From the NCBI GenBank assembly GCA_950097015.1, contig CATNEN010000030.1, forward strand, positions 2,728,001 through 2,792,000: DNA of 64,000 bases, given 5' to 3'. This stretch comes from Macrostomum hystrix (Eukaryota > Animalia > Platyhelminthes). Of this stretch, positions 37,382-48,750 are shown piece after piece. The translations under genes were made by a program, and so were the position numbers. Numbering within the stretch: position 1 is the stretch's first letter; every line of letters starts with the position of its first letter. The notes under the pieces were generated by a model. That model had not been told where the DNA came from. It worked only from the letters and a program-made list of their open reading frames with translations, and searched no databases.

Positions 37382-38107
37382 GTGAGTCCGCAAGCTGCTT
37401 GTTAACAAAAACAATGAATGTGCTCAAGTAGCCTGCATCTCAAATACCATCCTAGGCCATTGATTAAAGTCTAGTTCACATTTCGCTTCTCTTTTTTCCC
37501 AATTTTGCTCCTAGCCTTAGTCCAACCCTCTTTACCTGAGCATAGTTGCTTAAATTTAATTTCGTGATTGAGTCCGCTTTCTTCTAAATTTAGAATTAAC
37601 AAAAATTATTTTGCGTGTAGATGCAGTCAAAGTGAGAAATGATTACCGCGCCTGACCCGCAGCTAGCAGGAAGGGACGAAGGAGCAGCAGCAGATTCAAC
37701 AGGCTAGGATTTCCATTAGCAGATATTGAGCTCAGATTTAAGATCATACTAAAGCTCAGCTCTCTGCTATCAGTGACCAGGGTTCCTCTCTGCCCTTGCT
37801 TGTCTCCTTCTCCCTCTGTCTCTCTCTATTTAGCAAGGGCTTCACATTTTTATAGGGGAACAGATTTTCTCGTGCTCTTCTCTATTCGAGTTCTCGTGCT
37901 GTTGGGATGGGTCGGGCAGACCCGCAGGATTAGGCAGGTCTGCCACAAGCTTAGGGATGTTCAGCTTTAGTGTTGATTCACAGATAAACGAAATTATCTA
38001 TTTATTATTGTTTTTGGAAAGAAAATTGTGCAGATTTTATTGATCACTACTTTGTTGATCTTTGAGTCTGATTCCTTGGCTAGTTTTACGAGTATTAGTT
38101 GGTAAGC

Positions 38108-38340
38108 TTGTCTGGTAGCCTGTCTGGTAGACTGCCTACTAGCCTGTCTGGTAGACTTGCCTACTAGCCTTTCTGTTAGACTGCCTACTAGCCTGCCTGT
38201 TAGACTGCCTACTAGCCTTTCTGGTAGACTGCCTACTAGCCTTTCTGGTAGACAGCCTACTAGCCTGTCTGGTAGACTGCCTACTAGCCTGTCTGGTAGA
38301 CTGCCTACTAGCCTGTCTGGTAGCCTGCCTGGTAGCCTGT
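38108..38340. repeat. Minisatellite, 12/24-bp unit (GGTAGACTGCCTACTAGCCTGTCT), inverse of 36451-36690
   Basis: Reverse complement AGACAGGCTAGTAGGCAGTCTACC consists of the same 12-mers as the upstream array. Confidence 0.92.
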
Positions 38341-38535
38341 AAAGCTGCCCAGTCCATGGACTTAGGGATGCTCACCAGAAGTTTTACCCTAGCTAATTCT
38401 TGTAGCCACTTTACAAGTAATTAAACTGAAGCACAATGAAATCAAGTTTCCCACTTAAGAAAGACAAATTGTTTCCCTTTGGCTGAGATTTGAACTCCCG
38501 ACCTCTCGAATCGGAGTTCAAAGCCCTAACCTCTG
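38341..38535 (-). mobile_element. Diverged CORE-SINE-related copy
   Basis: CAGTCCATGGAC tail, AACTGAAGCA, GACAAATTGT and a B-box-like GAGATTTGAACTCCC (reverse). Confidence 0.55.
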
Positions 38536-38613
38536 TGTCGTGTTTAAATATAAATTGGAGCCTTCAGTGTTAATATACTATATTGATGATAATTGCAAGA
38601 GAGAAAGAATATT

Positions 38614-38950
38614 TGCGGGCAATGGCACATCATTTGGTGACACTAGATCCACAGCCAGCGAGGAGGCAATTCTGCCCATTTCGCTGACTCCTGAGCACAC
38701 ATGCAGTCAGATACCGTACGCAGGCACACGCTCACACAGGTGTGTACATCTGCCCTGACTTTCTCATCGTCAGGCAGTGTACTCTTCACTGTGCCTTGGA
38801 GGTTGGCCCTTAAGGGCGTAAACTGCACGACAAGCCCTCAAGCCTTCTCTCCGCGGCTGCGCCTCAAATAAATGTGGCCTCGCCGCGGAATCGAGCTCAG
38901 GGACCTTGGTGCGAGAGGCAAACGCGTTAGACCACTCTGCCACCAACCCC
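38614..38950 (-). mobile_element. SINE family 1 (tRNA-derived), most complete copy
   Basis: GGTGGCAGAGTGGTCTAACGCG (A box) ... GAGCTCGATTCCG (B box) followed by a roughly 250-nt body shared with other copies. Confidence 0.85.
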
Positions 38951-39051
38951 AGCTTTAATATAAACACTTTTCAGTGTTATATTATGTGTAAAAATATAAT
39001 AAAATTGATAAATTTGATTAGACTGCATCCGACCTATCAGTCCTCATAAGG

Positions 39052-39752
39052 CAGGGGTAGGCAAACTTATTTGCTGGCGGGCCAAAGAGAGAGCCTAAAA
39101 GACGACAGCGGGCCGCATTGACTGTATAAATATGAGATAGGGGAGAGATGAGACACGGGAGAGATGAGACACAGGAAAGATGGGACACGAGAGAGATGAG
39201 ACACAGGAAAGATGGGACACGAGAGAGATGAGAAACGGGAGAGATGAGACAGGGAAGAGATTAGACACGGGAGAGATTAGACACGAAAGAGATTAGACAC
39301 GGGAGAAATTAGACACGACTAGACACCGGAGAGATTAGATACGGGAGAAATTAGACACGGGAGAGGTTAGACACGGGAGAGATAAGACAGGGAAGAGATT
39401 AGACACGGGAGAGATTAGACACGGGAGAGGTTAGGCACGGGAGAGGTTAGACACGGGAGAGGTTAGACACGGGAGAGATAAGACACGAGAGAGATTAGAC
39501 ACGGGAGATATTAGACACGGGAGAGATTAGACACGGGAGAGGTTAGACACGGGAGAGGTTAGACACGGGAGAGATAAGACACGAGAGAGATTAGACACGG
39601 GAGATATTAGACACGGGAGAGATAAGACACGGGAGATATTAGACACGAGAGAGATGAAACAGGACACTGTAGATGTCAGAAGGGGCAACGGGCCGGATTT
39701 GGGAGCTTCGAGGGCCGCATCTGGCCCGCGGGCCGGAGTTTGCCGACCCCTG
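39052..39752. mobile_element. hAT-superfamily MITE containing an internal minisatellite
   Basis: TIRs CAGGGGTAGGCAAACT / AGTTTGCCGACCCCTG, subterminal GGCCCGCGGGCC, and a perfect 8-bp TSD TCATAAGG at 39044-39051 and 39753-39760. Confidence 0.92.
39141..39665. repeat. Minisatellite, about 16-bp purine-rich unit inside the hAT MITE
   Basis: GGGAGAGATTAGACAC variants. Confidence 0.9.
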
Positions 39753-40231
39753 TCATAAGGCAACCCTGTCTGCTTTGAGTATTTAAACTAATAATTGAGC
39801 AAAATTCCATCTGTCCCCAATCAGCGGGGATGCAGTACTAGCCTAGCCTAGCCATCTAGAATTGTAATGGTCTCAAACTGAGCAATGCGGGCTAGTCAAA
39901 TACAGGGCAATACTGCATTGTGTTTAGTGTGGGCGTCTGGCTGGTCACTGTGGTTTTAGGGTGTGGATCACTACCTTTTGCCTGGGCTGCAGCTATCGCA
40001 TTGCTAGTCCAGCTATCATAAGTGGTGGAGCGAGTAGGTATGCTGTGCCGATAGTACTCAATAAAACTATGCATGCTCAGGCCATCTGCTTAATCTATAG
40101 ATATGAAAGGCCGCAAAGGCTGCCGCTGCCCTTCTTTGCTGAAGCGGCATAAATTTAATCGGAGCCAGTTTAGCGCGGTTCAGTTCATCAGTGCAGCTGG
40201 TGGAACATGTTAATAATATTAGTTTCATGTG

Positions 40232-40233
<2 letters not shown>

Positions 40234-40268
<35 letters not shown>

Positions 40269-40269
40269 T
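40234..40269. repeat. (CAG)n microsatellite, about 11 units (intronic)
   Basis: CAGCAGCAG... run. Confidence 0.9.
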
Positions 40270-41613
40270 GGGGTCTCTCCTCTTCCACCAATATCGAAAT
40301 CATTCGGCCATTATTTCCAGCAGCGGAATATATTAAAAAAAACTATAGAAGAAGCCGGGCAAGTAAGAGCGGCACTTTAAACTGGTTGAGGGCCCAAGTA
40401 TTATTAGCCCAAGTGTCCTCCTTGCCTTGTTTACGCGACTGCTGCATTCCGCGCGCACCTAAGCGCCAATATCAGCATTTCCACTTCCATGCCTGACATT
40501 CGGGTCCGGCTTGTCGCCTGTTTCACCCCCTGCTGGAACTTCGGAATATTGCACTGAGCTTCATAGACTGGCCCAGCGTTTATAGCGCCAATCGGTAGAA
40601 AAGCGTCTCGACCAGCACCCCGCACAGGCTGGCTCCTAGGGACTCTGTCATTTCAGCCATGTCCCCGACCAGGCCTCCGGGCTACCGTTAAGCCAGCCGG
40701 GCAGTCGCAGCTGCAGCGGGTGGCGCCCCCAGGAATAATCAATTCTGGAGGAAAATGTGCCGACCTGCATGCTTGAGACATACAGGAGAGAGAGAGAGAG
40801 GAGGGATTCGATAAGTTTTTTTGCCTTCAATGCCCGCCGCCGCCCGCACCCCTAGCTCCCGATGTCCGATCTGAGAGAGGTTGTCACGCTTAAAAGCGGC
40901 CAGGGCCGATCTCCTCTGCCTCGCCTCTCGGCCATTTGGTCCTAATGAAGTCATAATTGGATTTCCGTCTTCCGGCGGGCCGAACGGAAAGAATGGAGTG
41001 AAAAAAGGGCCGAGAGAGAGATGGGCGATGGAAATGAATGAATGAAGGCATGATGGAACCCGGAGCAGAGGACCAGACCCCCCGGCTGTCCATGGGGATT
41101 GGAACACCAAACCGCGGCCAGCAGGGTTAGAGAGACTCGGCACGTCAGCTGTGGCGCGCCCCGCGGCTTCCTCTCGGCGGCTGCTTCATTTCTGCGCAGC
41201 AGCGTCGGTCGCCCTGTCTTCCCCCAGCCGTTGCAGCTGTAGTTTTCGTGCAGCCAATGCCGTCATCGCCTCTCGCACTCCCCAGTCAAGTCTCCGAGCC
41301 CAGTCCCCAGTGACCGAGGGCTGAGTTGCGGCTGCGAAAATAGTTGAGCTGGCATTGGCCCCAGAAAGTGCTTCATCCTAGTATCCACACGGCTCAACTA
41401 TTTGCCCTCTTTATCCCCAATTTTTTATTCGATGAACTCAGATAGACACAGCTGCCTCATAAGGCATGCAAATGCTTATGAATGCTAGAGCAGCCATCCG
41501 TTAGACGCAGCGCCATCTATCTTTCTCTTCGGAGCCTTTTTATAAAGCCAGATTATTAAGCGCGCCGCTTTCTCATCCTTACTAGCCATTCCGCCATGCT
41601 GCCCGCACTGCAG

Positions 41614-41723
41614 GAGTGGACCGACTACCATCTGCGCTGGGAGCCGGAGGATGAGGACGGCATTAAGTTTGTGCACATCCCGACTAAGGACATCTGGCTG
41701 CCCGACATTGCGCTCTACAACTA
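41614..41723 (+). CDS. nAChR exon 2 (EWTDYHLRWEPE...IWLPDIALYN)
   Basis: ctgcag|GAG...TA|gtgagc, 110 nt. Contains WxD and loop A WLPDI. Missed by the ORF track. Confidence 0.93.
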
Positions 41724-42117
41724 GTGAGCTGGCCTGCCTATCTGGCCCGGAATGAAGGGATTAAAGGCCGGGGGGCATTTGGGGGGATGAGGCTGAGAAG
41801 CTGGCGCCTCACCGCCAAAGGGGACGGCGCCTGGCGGTCAGAACTGAATCATTCATGAGGCAAGCCGTTCAGCTGCTCATCTGAGTCCGCGCTCACTCCA
41901 GCTCACTTATAATAGCTGAGTTCTAGGCCAACCAGTCAGCTACTGAACTCATGCATTTATGCAGTTGTTGACTCCGGATCAACTCCAGGTGCTTCAGTGT
42001 ACCGTCTGAGCCCAAATCACTGTCCGAGTAGGCGACTAGCGAGGCGGAAATGCCATTGAGCTGGGTGATTCTGGCGCGCCAATTTGAACTACGGATCCTC
42101 CGAGCATGATTTATGAG

Positions 42118-42425
42118 TGGGAGAGTCAGTGGAGTGTGATCAGTTTCATTGGAGTGAGATCAGTGACAGTGAGAGTGAGATCAGTGTTAGTGAGAGTGTG
42201 ATCAGTTTCATTGGAGTGAGATTAGTGACAGTGAGAGTGAGATCAGTGACAATGAGAGTGAGATCAGTTTCATTGGAGTGAGATCAGTGACAGTGAGAGT
42301 GAGATCAGTGTTAGTGAGAGTGTGATCAGTTTCATTGGAGTGAGATCAGTGACAGTGAGAGTGAGATCAGTGTCAGTGGGAGTGAGATCAGTGTCAGTGG
42401 GAGTGAGATCAGTGTCAGTGGGAGT
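42118..42425. repeat. Minisatellite, about 21-bp GAGTGAGATCAGTG-type units
   Basis: GAGTGAGATCAGTGACAGTGA / GAGTGTGATCAGTTTCATTG. Confidence 0.85.
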
Positions 42426-42944
42426 ATACCGAGAATATTATCCTCAGACACAGCCGTCAGGAAGTTTGTCAGGGCCAAAAAGAGAGGCAGAGAGGCTTGC
42501 AGGCTTACAGAAATGCTGTGAGCTGCGAGAACTGCCTCAGCGGCCCACGTCCTGGTCCTGCGGCCGCCTCCTTCTCTTTCGCGACTATGGTTACTCGCTA
42601 AGTTTAGAGGCAGTGAGGAAGGAATGGGGAGAGAGTGGGGGATTGAGGCCGTGCTCACAGTTCTATATAGAGCTTTAGGAGCGCGGATTTTAGTGCAAAC
42701 TTCCTGTCACTTGAGCTGGGTTAAGGCGGGTGCGAGAGTACAGTGCTGACCGCTAAGTCACACCAACAACCCCGGCACTCCCCTCCGCCTGGCCTGTGCG
42801 GCCTTCAAAAGCGTTCGATTGACGCCTCGATATTGCGCACTGGACGGCTGCACTTTCCATGGCTCGAAAATGCTATCATACTATATGGACTCATTGCCTC
42901 ACAATCTTGACACTAGAATGCCTTTCTCAAACCCACCTGACTAT

Positions 42945-43260
42945 CAGAGCCATCACAACCCACCTGACTATCAGAGCCATCACAACCCACCTGACTATCA
43001 GAGCCATCACAACCCACCTGACTATCAGAGCATTCACAACCTACCTGACTATCAGAGTATTAACAACCCACCTGACTATCAGAGCATTCACAACCCACCT
43101 GACTATCAGAGCCATCACAACCCACCTGGCTATCAGAGCATTCACAACCCACCTGACTATCAGAGCCATCACAACCCACCTGACTATCAGAGCATTCACA
43201 ACCCACCTGACTATCAGAGTATTAACAACCCACCTGACTATCAGAGCATTCACAACCCGC
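42945..43260. repeat. Minisatellite, 27-bp unit, about 12 copies, abutting the nAChR exon 3 acceptor
   Basis: AACCCACCTGACTATCAGAGCCATCAC. Confidence 0.93.
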
Positions 43261-43270
43261 CATCTCGCAG

Positions 43271-43444
43271 CGCCGACGAAAGACTGGAAGAGCGGCGAGA
43301 CGTAGCGGCGAAGGTGCACTACACGGGCCTGGTGGAATGGCACCCGATGGCCATCTACAAGAGCGCCTGTGAAATTAAGATAAAATATTTCCCATTCGAT
43401 AAGCAAGTCTGCTGGCTGAAATTCGGTCCATGGACTTACGATGG
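43271..43444 (+). CDS. nAChR exon 3 (Cys-loop [15 protein letters not shown], loop B WTYDG)
   Basis: ctcgcag|C GCC...GG|gtgagt. Canonical C-x13-C loop. Confidence 0.95.
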
Positions 43445-43939
43445 GTGAGTAGATTTCAGATGGTTTTTTAATAACTTTGAAGGTTAAAAGCACTGTACCA
43501 AATGAAGCAGGTTTAGCAATCTTTTCTTCACGAAATCAGCACGAAAAAGCGTTCTGATCTGTCGCTAAGGGAACAATAGGAGGTGCCAGCTCACAAGAGA
43601 GCACTTCCTGGACCTCAGCGACAGCTGCCAGTCAAATATTTGTCCTGCCGCTTTCCTCGCTTCCTATTCCGTCGCATTCAGCAGCAGCTACTCGGGTCAC
43701 ACAGAATCTGGGAGCTTTCCACAGCTATTGAGGATTTTTCACCAGCCTTTTCTCTTTTTCCCGATTTCTTCTAAACCATAGACCAGAATCTGGCTGTGCA
43801 TGAGTTGTCAGCAGCTCATGATTTGGGTTGCGTTTACGGAGAATAGAAATGATGAAATTGCATCCATTCACAATGATTGGTTAATAATAACCTGGAAAAA
43901 ATAAATCAAAGACCAGTCACGTGACCTCCCCACCCGCAG

Positions 43940-44220
43940 CTGGCGAGTGAACATCTCCTACTACCACAACATGACTGAATTCGACCTCGAAGACATGATC
44001 AAGAGTCCCGAATGGGAGATCCTTAGCCACAAGGCCAAGTACAACGAAGAGGTTTATCCCTGCTGCCCTGAGCCGTACGTTGACATCACCTTCTGGATCT
44101 GGATTGGCCGATCGACGGCCTTCTATACCTTCATCCTCATCCTCCCCTGCTTCCTGCTGTCCTCGCTGACCCTCGTTCTGTTCTGGCTTCCGCCAGAAAC
44201 GCCAGCCAAGATGGTGCTAG
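43940..44220 (+). CDS. nAChR exon 4 (loop C YPCCPEPY, M1, PPETPAK)
   Basis: ccgcag|C TGG...G|gtgagc. Vicinal cysteines define an alpha-type subunit. Confidence 0.95.
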
Positions 44221-44331
44221 GTGAGCAACGAATAAATCGTTACAAATTATTCCGTTAACGCAGCACCTGTTAGTTACTGAGGATTCGTTTTGGCTAGGAA
44301 TTCTAGGAAATCAGAACTTTGATTAAATGAA

Positions 44332-45330
44332 ATTTCAGGGAATAGAGATTTCAGGGAATAGAGATTTCAGTGAGTAGAGGTTTCAGTGAGTAGAGATTTC
44401 AGTGAGTAGAGGTTTCAGTGAGTAGAGATTTCAGTGAGTAGAGATTTCAGTGAGTAGAGATTTCAGGGAATAGAGATTTCAGTGAGTAGAGATTTCAGTG
44501 AGTAAAGATTTTAGGGAATAGAGATTTCAGTGAGTAGAGATTTCAGTGAGTAAAGATCTCAGGGAATAGAGATTTCAGGGAATAGGGGTTTCAGTGAGTA
44601 GAGATTTCAGGGAATAGAGATTTCAGTGAGTAGAGGTTTCAGTGAGTAGAGATTTCAGGGAATAGAAATTTCAGTGAGTAGAGATTTCAGTGAGTAGAGA
44701 TTTCAGGGAATAGAGATTTCAGTGAGTAGAGATTTCAGTGAGTAAAGATTTTAGGGAATAGAGATTTCAGTGAGTAGAGATTTCAGTGAGTAAAGATTTC
44801 AGGGAATAGAGATTTCAGTGAGTAGAGATTTCAGTGAGTAGAGATTTCAGGGAATAGAGATTTCAGTGAGTAGAGATTTCAGTGAGTAGAGATTTCAGGG
44901 AATAGAGATTTCAGTGAGTAGAGATTTCAGTGAGTAGAGATTTCAGGGAATAGAGATTTCAGTGAGTAGAGGTTTCAGTGAGTAGAGATTTCAGTGAGTA
45001 GAGATTTCAGTGAGTAGAGGTTTCAGTGAGTAGAGGTTTCAGTGAGTAGAGATTTCAGTGAGTAGAGGTTTCAGTGAGTAGAGATTTCAGTGAGTAGAGA
45101 TTTCAGGGAATAGAGATTTCAGTGAGTAGAGGTTTCAGTGAGTAGAGATTTCAGTGAGTAGAGGTTTCAGTGAGTAGAGATTTCAGTGAGTAGAGATTTC
45201 AGTGAGTAGAGGTTTCAGTGAGTAGAGGTTTCAGTGAGTAGAGGTTTCAGTGAGTAGATATTTCAGTGAGTAGAGGTTTCAGTGAGTAGAGATTTCAGTG
45301 AGTGGTGAATTTAGTGAATAGAGATTTCAG
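44332..45330. repeat. Minisatellite, 16-bp unit, about 60 copies
   Basis: AGAGATTTCAGTGAGT / AGAGATTTCAGGGAAT. Confidence 0.95.
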
Positions 45331-45629
45331 TCAAGTATTTGTTAATCAACTAAAAATGACTGAGTTAGTCACCAATCAATAATGTTTTTAATGAAGACTT
45401 TGATCCATTGGATGGATAGTTTATTCTGCTCGTAATTAGATAACAAAATTTAGATAGCTAGATATCAAGGCTGACAAGTGGTATAAATATTTTGTAATAT
45501 GTAACGAATGCGTACTTTTAATGTTGTTTAAAAGTGCAGAGATTTCTGCAGGCGCAGTGATACCACTTGAGGTGCAAACTATTTATGTCTCCATCCCAGA
45601 CTGATGCTGTGAACTGTTTCACCTTCCAG

Positions 45630-45716
45630 GGATGAATATTTTCGTTGCCTTCTTCCTGCTGATGCTATTGCTGGAGAAACAGACTCCGTCTGCGTCCGAC
45701 TCATTTCCGCTCATAG
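45630..45716 (+). CDS. nAChR exon 5 (M2: GMNIFVAFFLLMLLLEKQTP...FPLI)
   Basis: ttccag|GG ATG...G|gtgagt, 87 nt, in phase with both neighbours. Confidence 0.93.
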
Positions 45717-45922
45717 GTGAGTTGGCGAGTGTCACTTTCGAGGTTTTTGTTACTGTGTCACTGCACAGCTAGGGACTAGTAAGCTGTATGAGAAGAATTA
45801 TAAAAGTACAAGAAAAGATTTGAAGAATACAAGTCTAACTTCAAAAATAGAACGGGAACTTTTGCAGTAAAAGTGCAACTTTAGAAATAGGATGGAAAAT
45901 TTTGGAGTAAAAGTGCAACTCT

Positions 45923-46535
45923 AGGAATAGAATGGGAATTAGGAATAGAATGGGAATTAGGAATATAATGGCAATTAGGAATAGAATGGCAATTAGGAAT
46001 AGAATGGGAATTAGGAATAGAATGGGAATTAGGAATAGAATGGGAATTAGGAATAGAATGGGAATTAGGAATAGAATCGGAATTAGGAATAGAATCGGAA
46101 TTAGGAATAGAATGGGAATTAGGAATAGAATGGGAATTAGGAATAGAATGGGAATTAGGAATAGAATGGGAATTAGGAATAGAATGGGAATTAGGAATAG
46201 AATGGGAATTAGGAATAGAATGGGAATTAGGAATAGAATGGGAATTAGGAATAGAATGGGAATTAGGAATATAATGGCAATTAGGAATAGAATGGGAATT
46301 AGGAATAGAATTGGAATTAGGAATAGAATGGGAATTAGGAATATATAAAGAATGGGAATTAGGAATAGAATGGGAATTAGGAATATAATTGGAATTAGGA
46401 ATAGAATGGGAATTAGGAATAGAATGGGAATTAGGAATAGAATGGGAATTAGGAATAGAATGGGAATTAGGAATAGAATGGGAATTAGGAATATAATGGG
46501 AATTAGGAATATAATGGGAATTAGGAATAGAATGG
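45923..46535. repeat. Minisatellite, 18-bp unit, about 34 copies
   Basis: GGAATTAGGAATAGAATG. Confidence 0.95.
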
Positions 46536-47387
46536 TAACTTTCAACTAAAAGTGCAAGATTAGGAATAAAATAGAAAATTTTTGAGTAAAAGTGCAACTA
46601 TTGTTTTAGACAATTAATAAAAACTTGCAGAGAAATATGAGTAGAAATTTTATATGAAAAAGGGATAAAAACGAAAAAAAAGTAAAATAAAGGTTCAATC
46701 TATGAGCTGAATATACCGACTTAGGCCTGCAGGCAACAAGCAGTCATCTAGTTAGGCATCAAGAGAGAGATGGGAGAATTGAGTCTTTACGCTATTATAT
46801 AGGATAAATAATCCGTGTTTGCGAGGTTGGCGGAAAAGTTCTCAAGGCCTCCCTCTGTGCTCAAACTGAGAACAGAGCTGCTAATACAGGCGCACCGGGC
46901 GTATTATCGGGTGATTAATGCCGATAAGGACAAATAGCTAGCGAGAGTGAGCAAGTCCTAGCGAAGGTCTGCAACTACCTTTTACTACGCCAACGAGGAC
47001 AGGGAGAAAAGGGGAGGGAGAAGTGTAAGGGGGGAGTGGTGGGGGAAATGCTGCCGTGATTAATGGATTCCTGTGCAGGGCACCGGGCTAAGCCTCTCGA
47101 TTTCACCTCAGCCCAGGGTAGCTTGGGGGCTTGCTTGGGTTCGCTCATAATTCTATATACAGACTCGAGTCCTGGCTTAGACGAGTAAGTATGACTCGCT
47201 TAAGTTAAGGCAGTTTAGACTCATAAAGTCTCCTGATAGTTTCACCCATAGTTTCAGTCAAACAAACTTTTGCTTGGAAGCTACTTTTTTTCGTTAAAAA
47301 TTTTCTCATTCAAATGTGTTTTGCCTTTCCTAGAAATAAATTTCGAGGTAAAGTAATTTTTTTTCTTTATTTGTGCAACTATTTCAG

Positions 47388-47506
47388 GCCAGTACTATTG
47401 CCTCAACATGGGCATCATCACACTGTCGACCTTCTTGTCCGTGATTGTGGTCAATTTTCATTTCCGCGGCGACAACAGGCAGGAAGTGCCATACTGGCTC
47501 AAAAAG
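47388..47506 (+). CDS. nAChR exon 6 (M3: QYYCLNMGIITLSTFLSVIVVNFHFRG...VPYWLKK)
   Basis: tttcag|GC...AAG|gtgaga. Confidence 0.93.
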
Positions 47507-47529
47507 GTGAGACCTGGAGAACTGGAAAG

Positions 47530-47795
47530 CCGAGGGATGAGATTAGTAGAGCTCAGGATGTGAGCAGAGGATGAGATTAGATTAGCAGAGCGAATGAGGA
47601 AATTAGTATAGCTGAGATAAGTAGAGCAGAGGATGAGATTAGCAGAGCAGAGGATGAGATTAGCAGAGCAGAGGATGAGATTAACAGAGCAGAGGATGAG
47701 ATTAGCAGAGCAGAGGATGAGATTAGCAGAGCAGAGGATGAGATTAGCAGAGCAGAGGATGAGATTAGCAGAGCAGAGGATGAGATAAGCAGGGC
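47530..47795. repeat. Minisatellite, 21-bp unit
   Basis: GAGCAGAGGATGAGATTAGCA. Confidence 0.88.
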
Positions 47796-48444
47796 ATAGG
47801 AGCCTTTTATTCTATAAAGTTGGGCTGAAGAAACCGGCAGAAAAAGGTCATGCAGTCCGGATTCGTTCCTCTTTACGGTAAAAATTTCCCTTTCGGATTA
47901 GCCGCGGTTGAGTCAGCCGCTGACAGCCTCCTAATATCAGGGGGATACCGGATGAGAATTGGAGGGCAAGGCCAAGGAAGAACTGGAGGAAAAGTTGGCG
48001 GGATTGCTGACTGACAACTGAGCAAGTTCATTGACTCGGGCGGGCCATCTGTTTATTCGGCCACTGCGGGATGAGCCTCCGATGGCTTCCGATGATGTTT
48101 TCGGTCGGCAAACATGCACCGGTCGGCCGATTCGCTGGCTGGGGAGATCACAGTCTTCGTCCTAAAATAACTGAGCGAAGCTAATCGATCAATTGAAAAA
48201 TCTGGCGAACCCTCCTTAGACTGGGATACGGAGGTTCCGTGTCAACAGTGCCAGTTTTGGGATTCAGGAAACATTTTTTATGGTCCGCTCGGTCTGGAAT
48301 GATCCCAGTTAATGGAAACGACGATTCGTCGATCTCTGCTCGACTCAGTTTATTTAGCTGCTATGCTAGACTGGCCTAAAATTGACGAGGCAGGATGAGA
48401 CAAACAAGGATAAGACGAATAAGATGAAATAGTAAAAATGATAA

Positions 48445-48690
48445 AGCGTTTGACTCTAACTCGCACCAAGGTCCTGAGCTCGATTCCGCGGCGAGGCAAC
48501 ATTCATTTGGGGCCTGTCGTGCAATTTGCACCCTTGAGGGCCAACCTCCAAGGCACAATGAGAGTGTACACTGCCTGATGATGAGAGAGTCAGGGGAGAT
48601 GAACACACCTGTGTGCGTGTGTGCTGAGTAGCGAAATGGGTAGAATTGCCTCCTCGCTGGCTGCGGGTCTGGTGTCACCAACTATTACGC
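48445..48690 (+). mobile_element. SINE family 1, internally deleted copy just upstream of the last nAChR exon
   Basis: CTCGCACCAAGGTCCTGAGCTCGATTCCGCGGCGAGG...GGGCCAACCTCCAAGGCAC...GAATTGCCTCCTCGCTGGCTG matches 38614-38950. Confidence 0.8.
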
Positions 48691-48750
48691 GCCACAGCCC
48701 TCCTGCATTTATTAGTATAAGCAACCGACCCATCAACCCGCTCTCACCAG

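Noticed and set aside
38744-38782. CTGACGA...GAAA GTC in the SINE-1 body as a hammerhead ribozyme
   Set aside because: There is no room for stems II and III, and stem I is out of register. It folds as a simple hairpin (CTGAC-GATGAGAAA-GTCAG).
45841-46597. Long ORFs over tandem arrays (also 18776-19804, 20751-21291, 26569-27140, 52477-52904, 58174-58584, 60117-60807, 62305-63530)
   Set aside because: They are translations of stop-free minisatellite units, are open in several frames or strands, and mostly lie in introns of well-supported genes.
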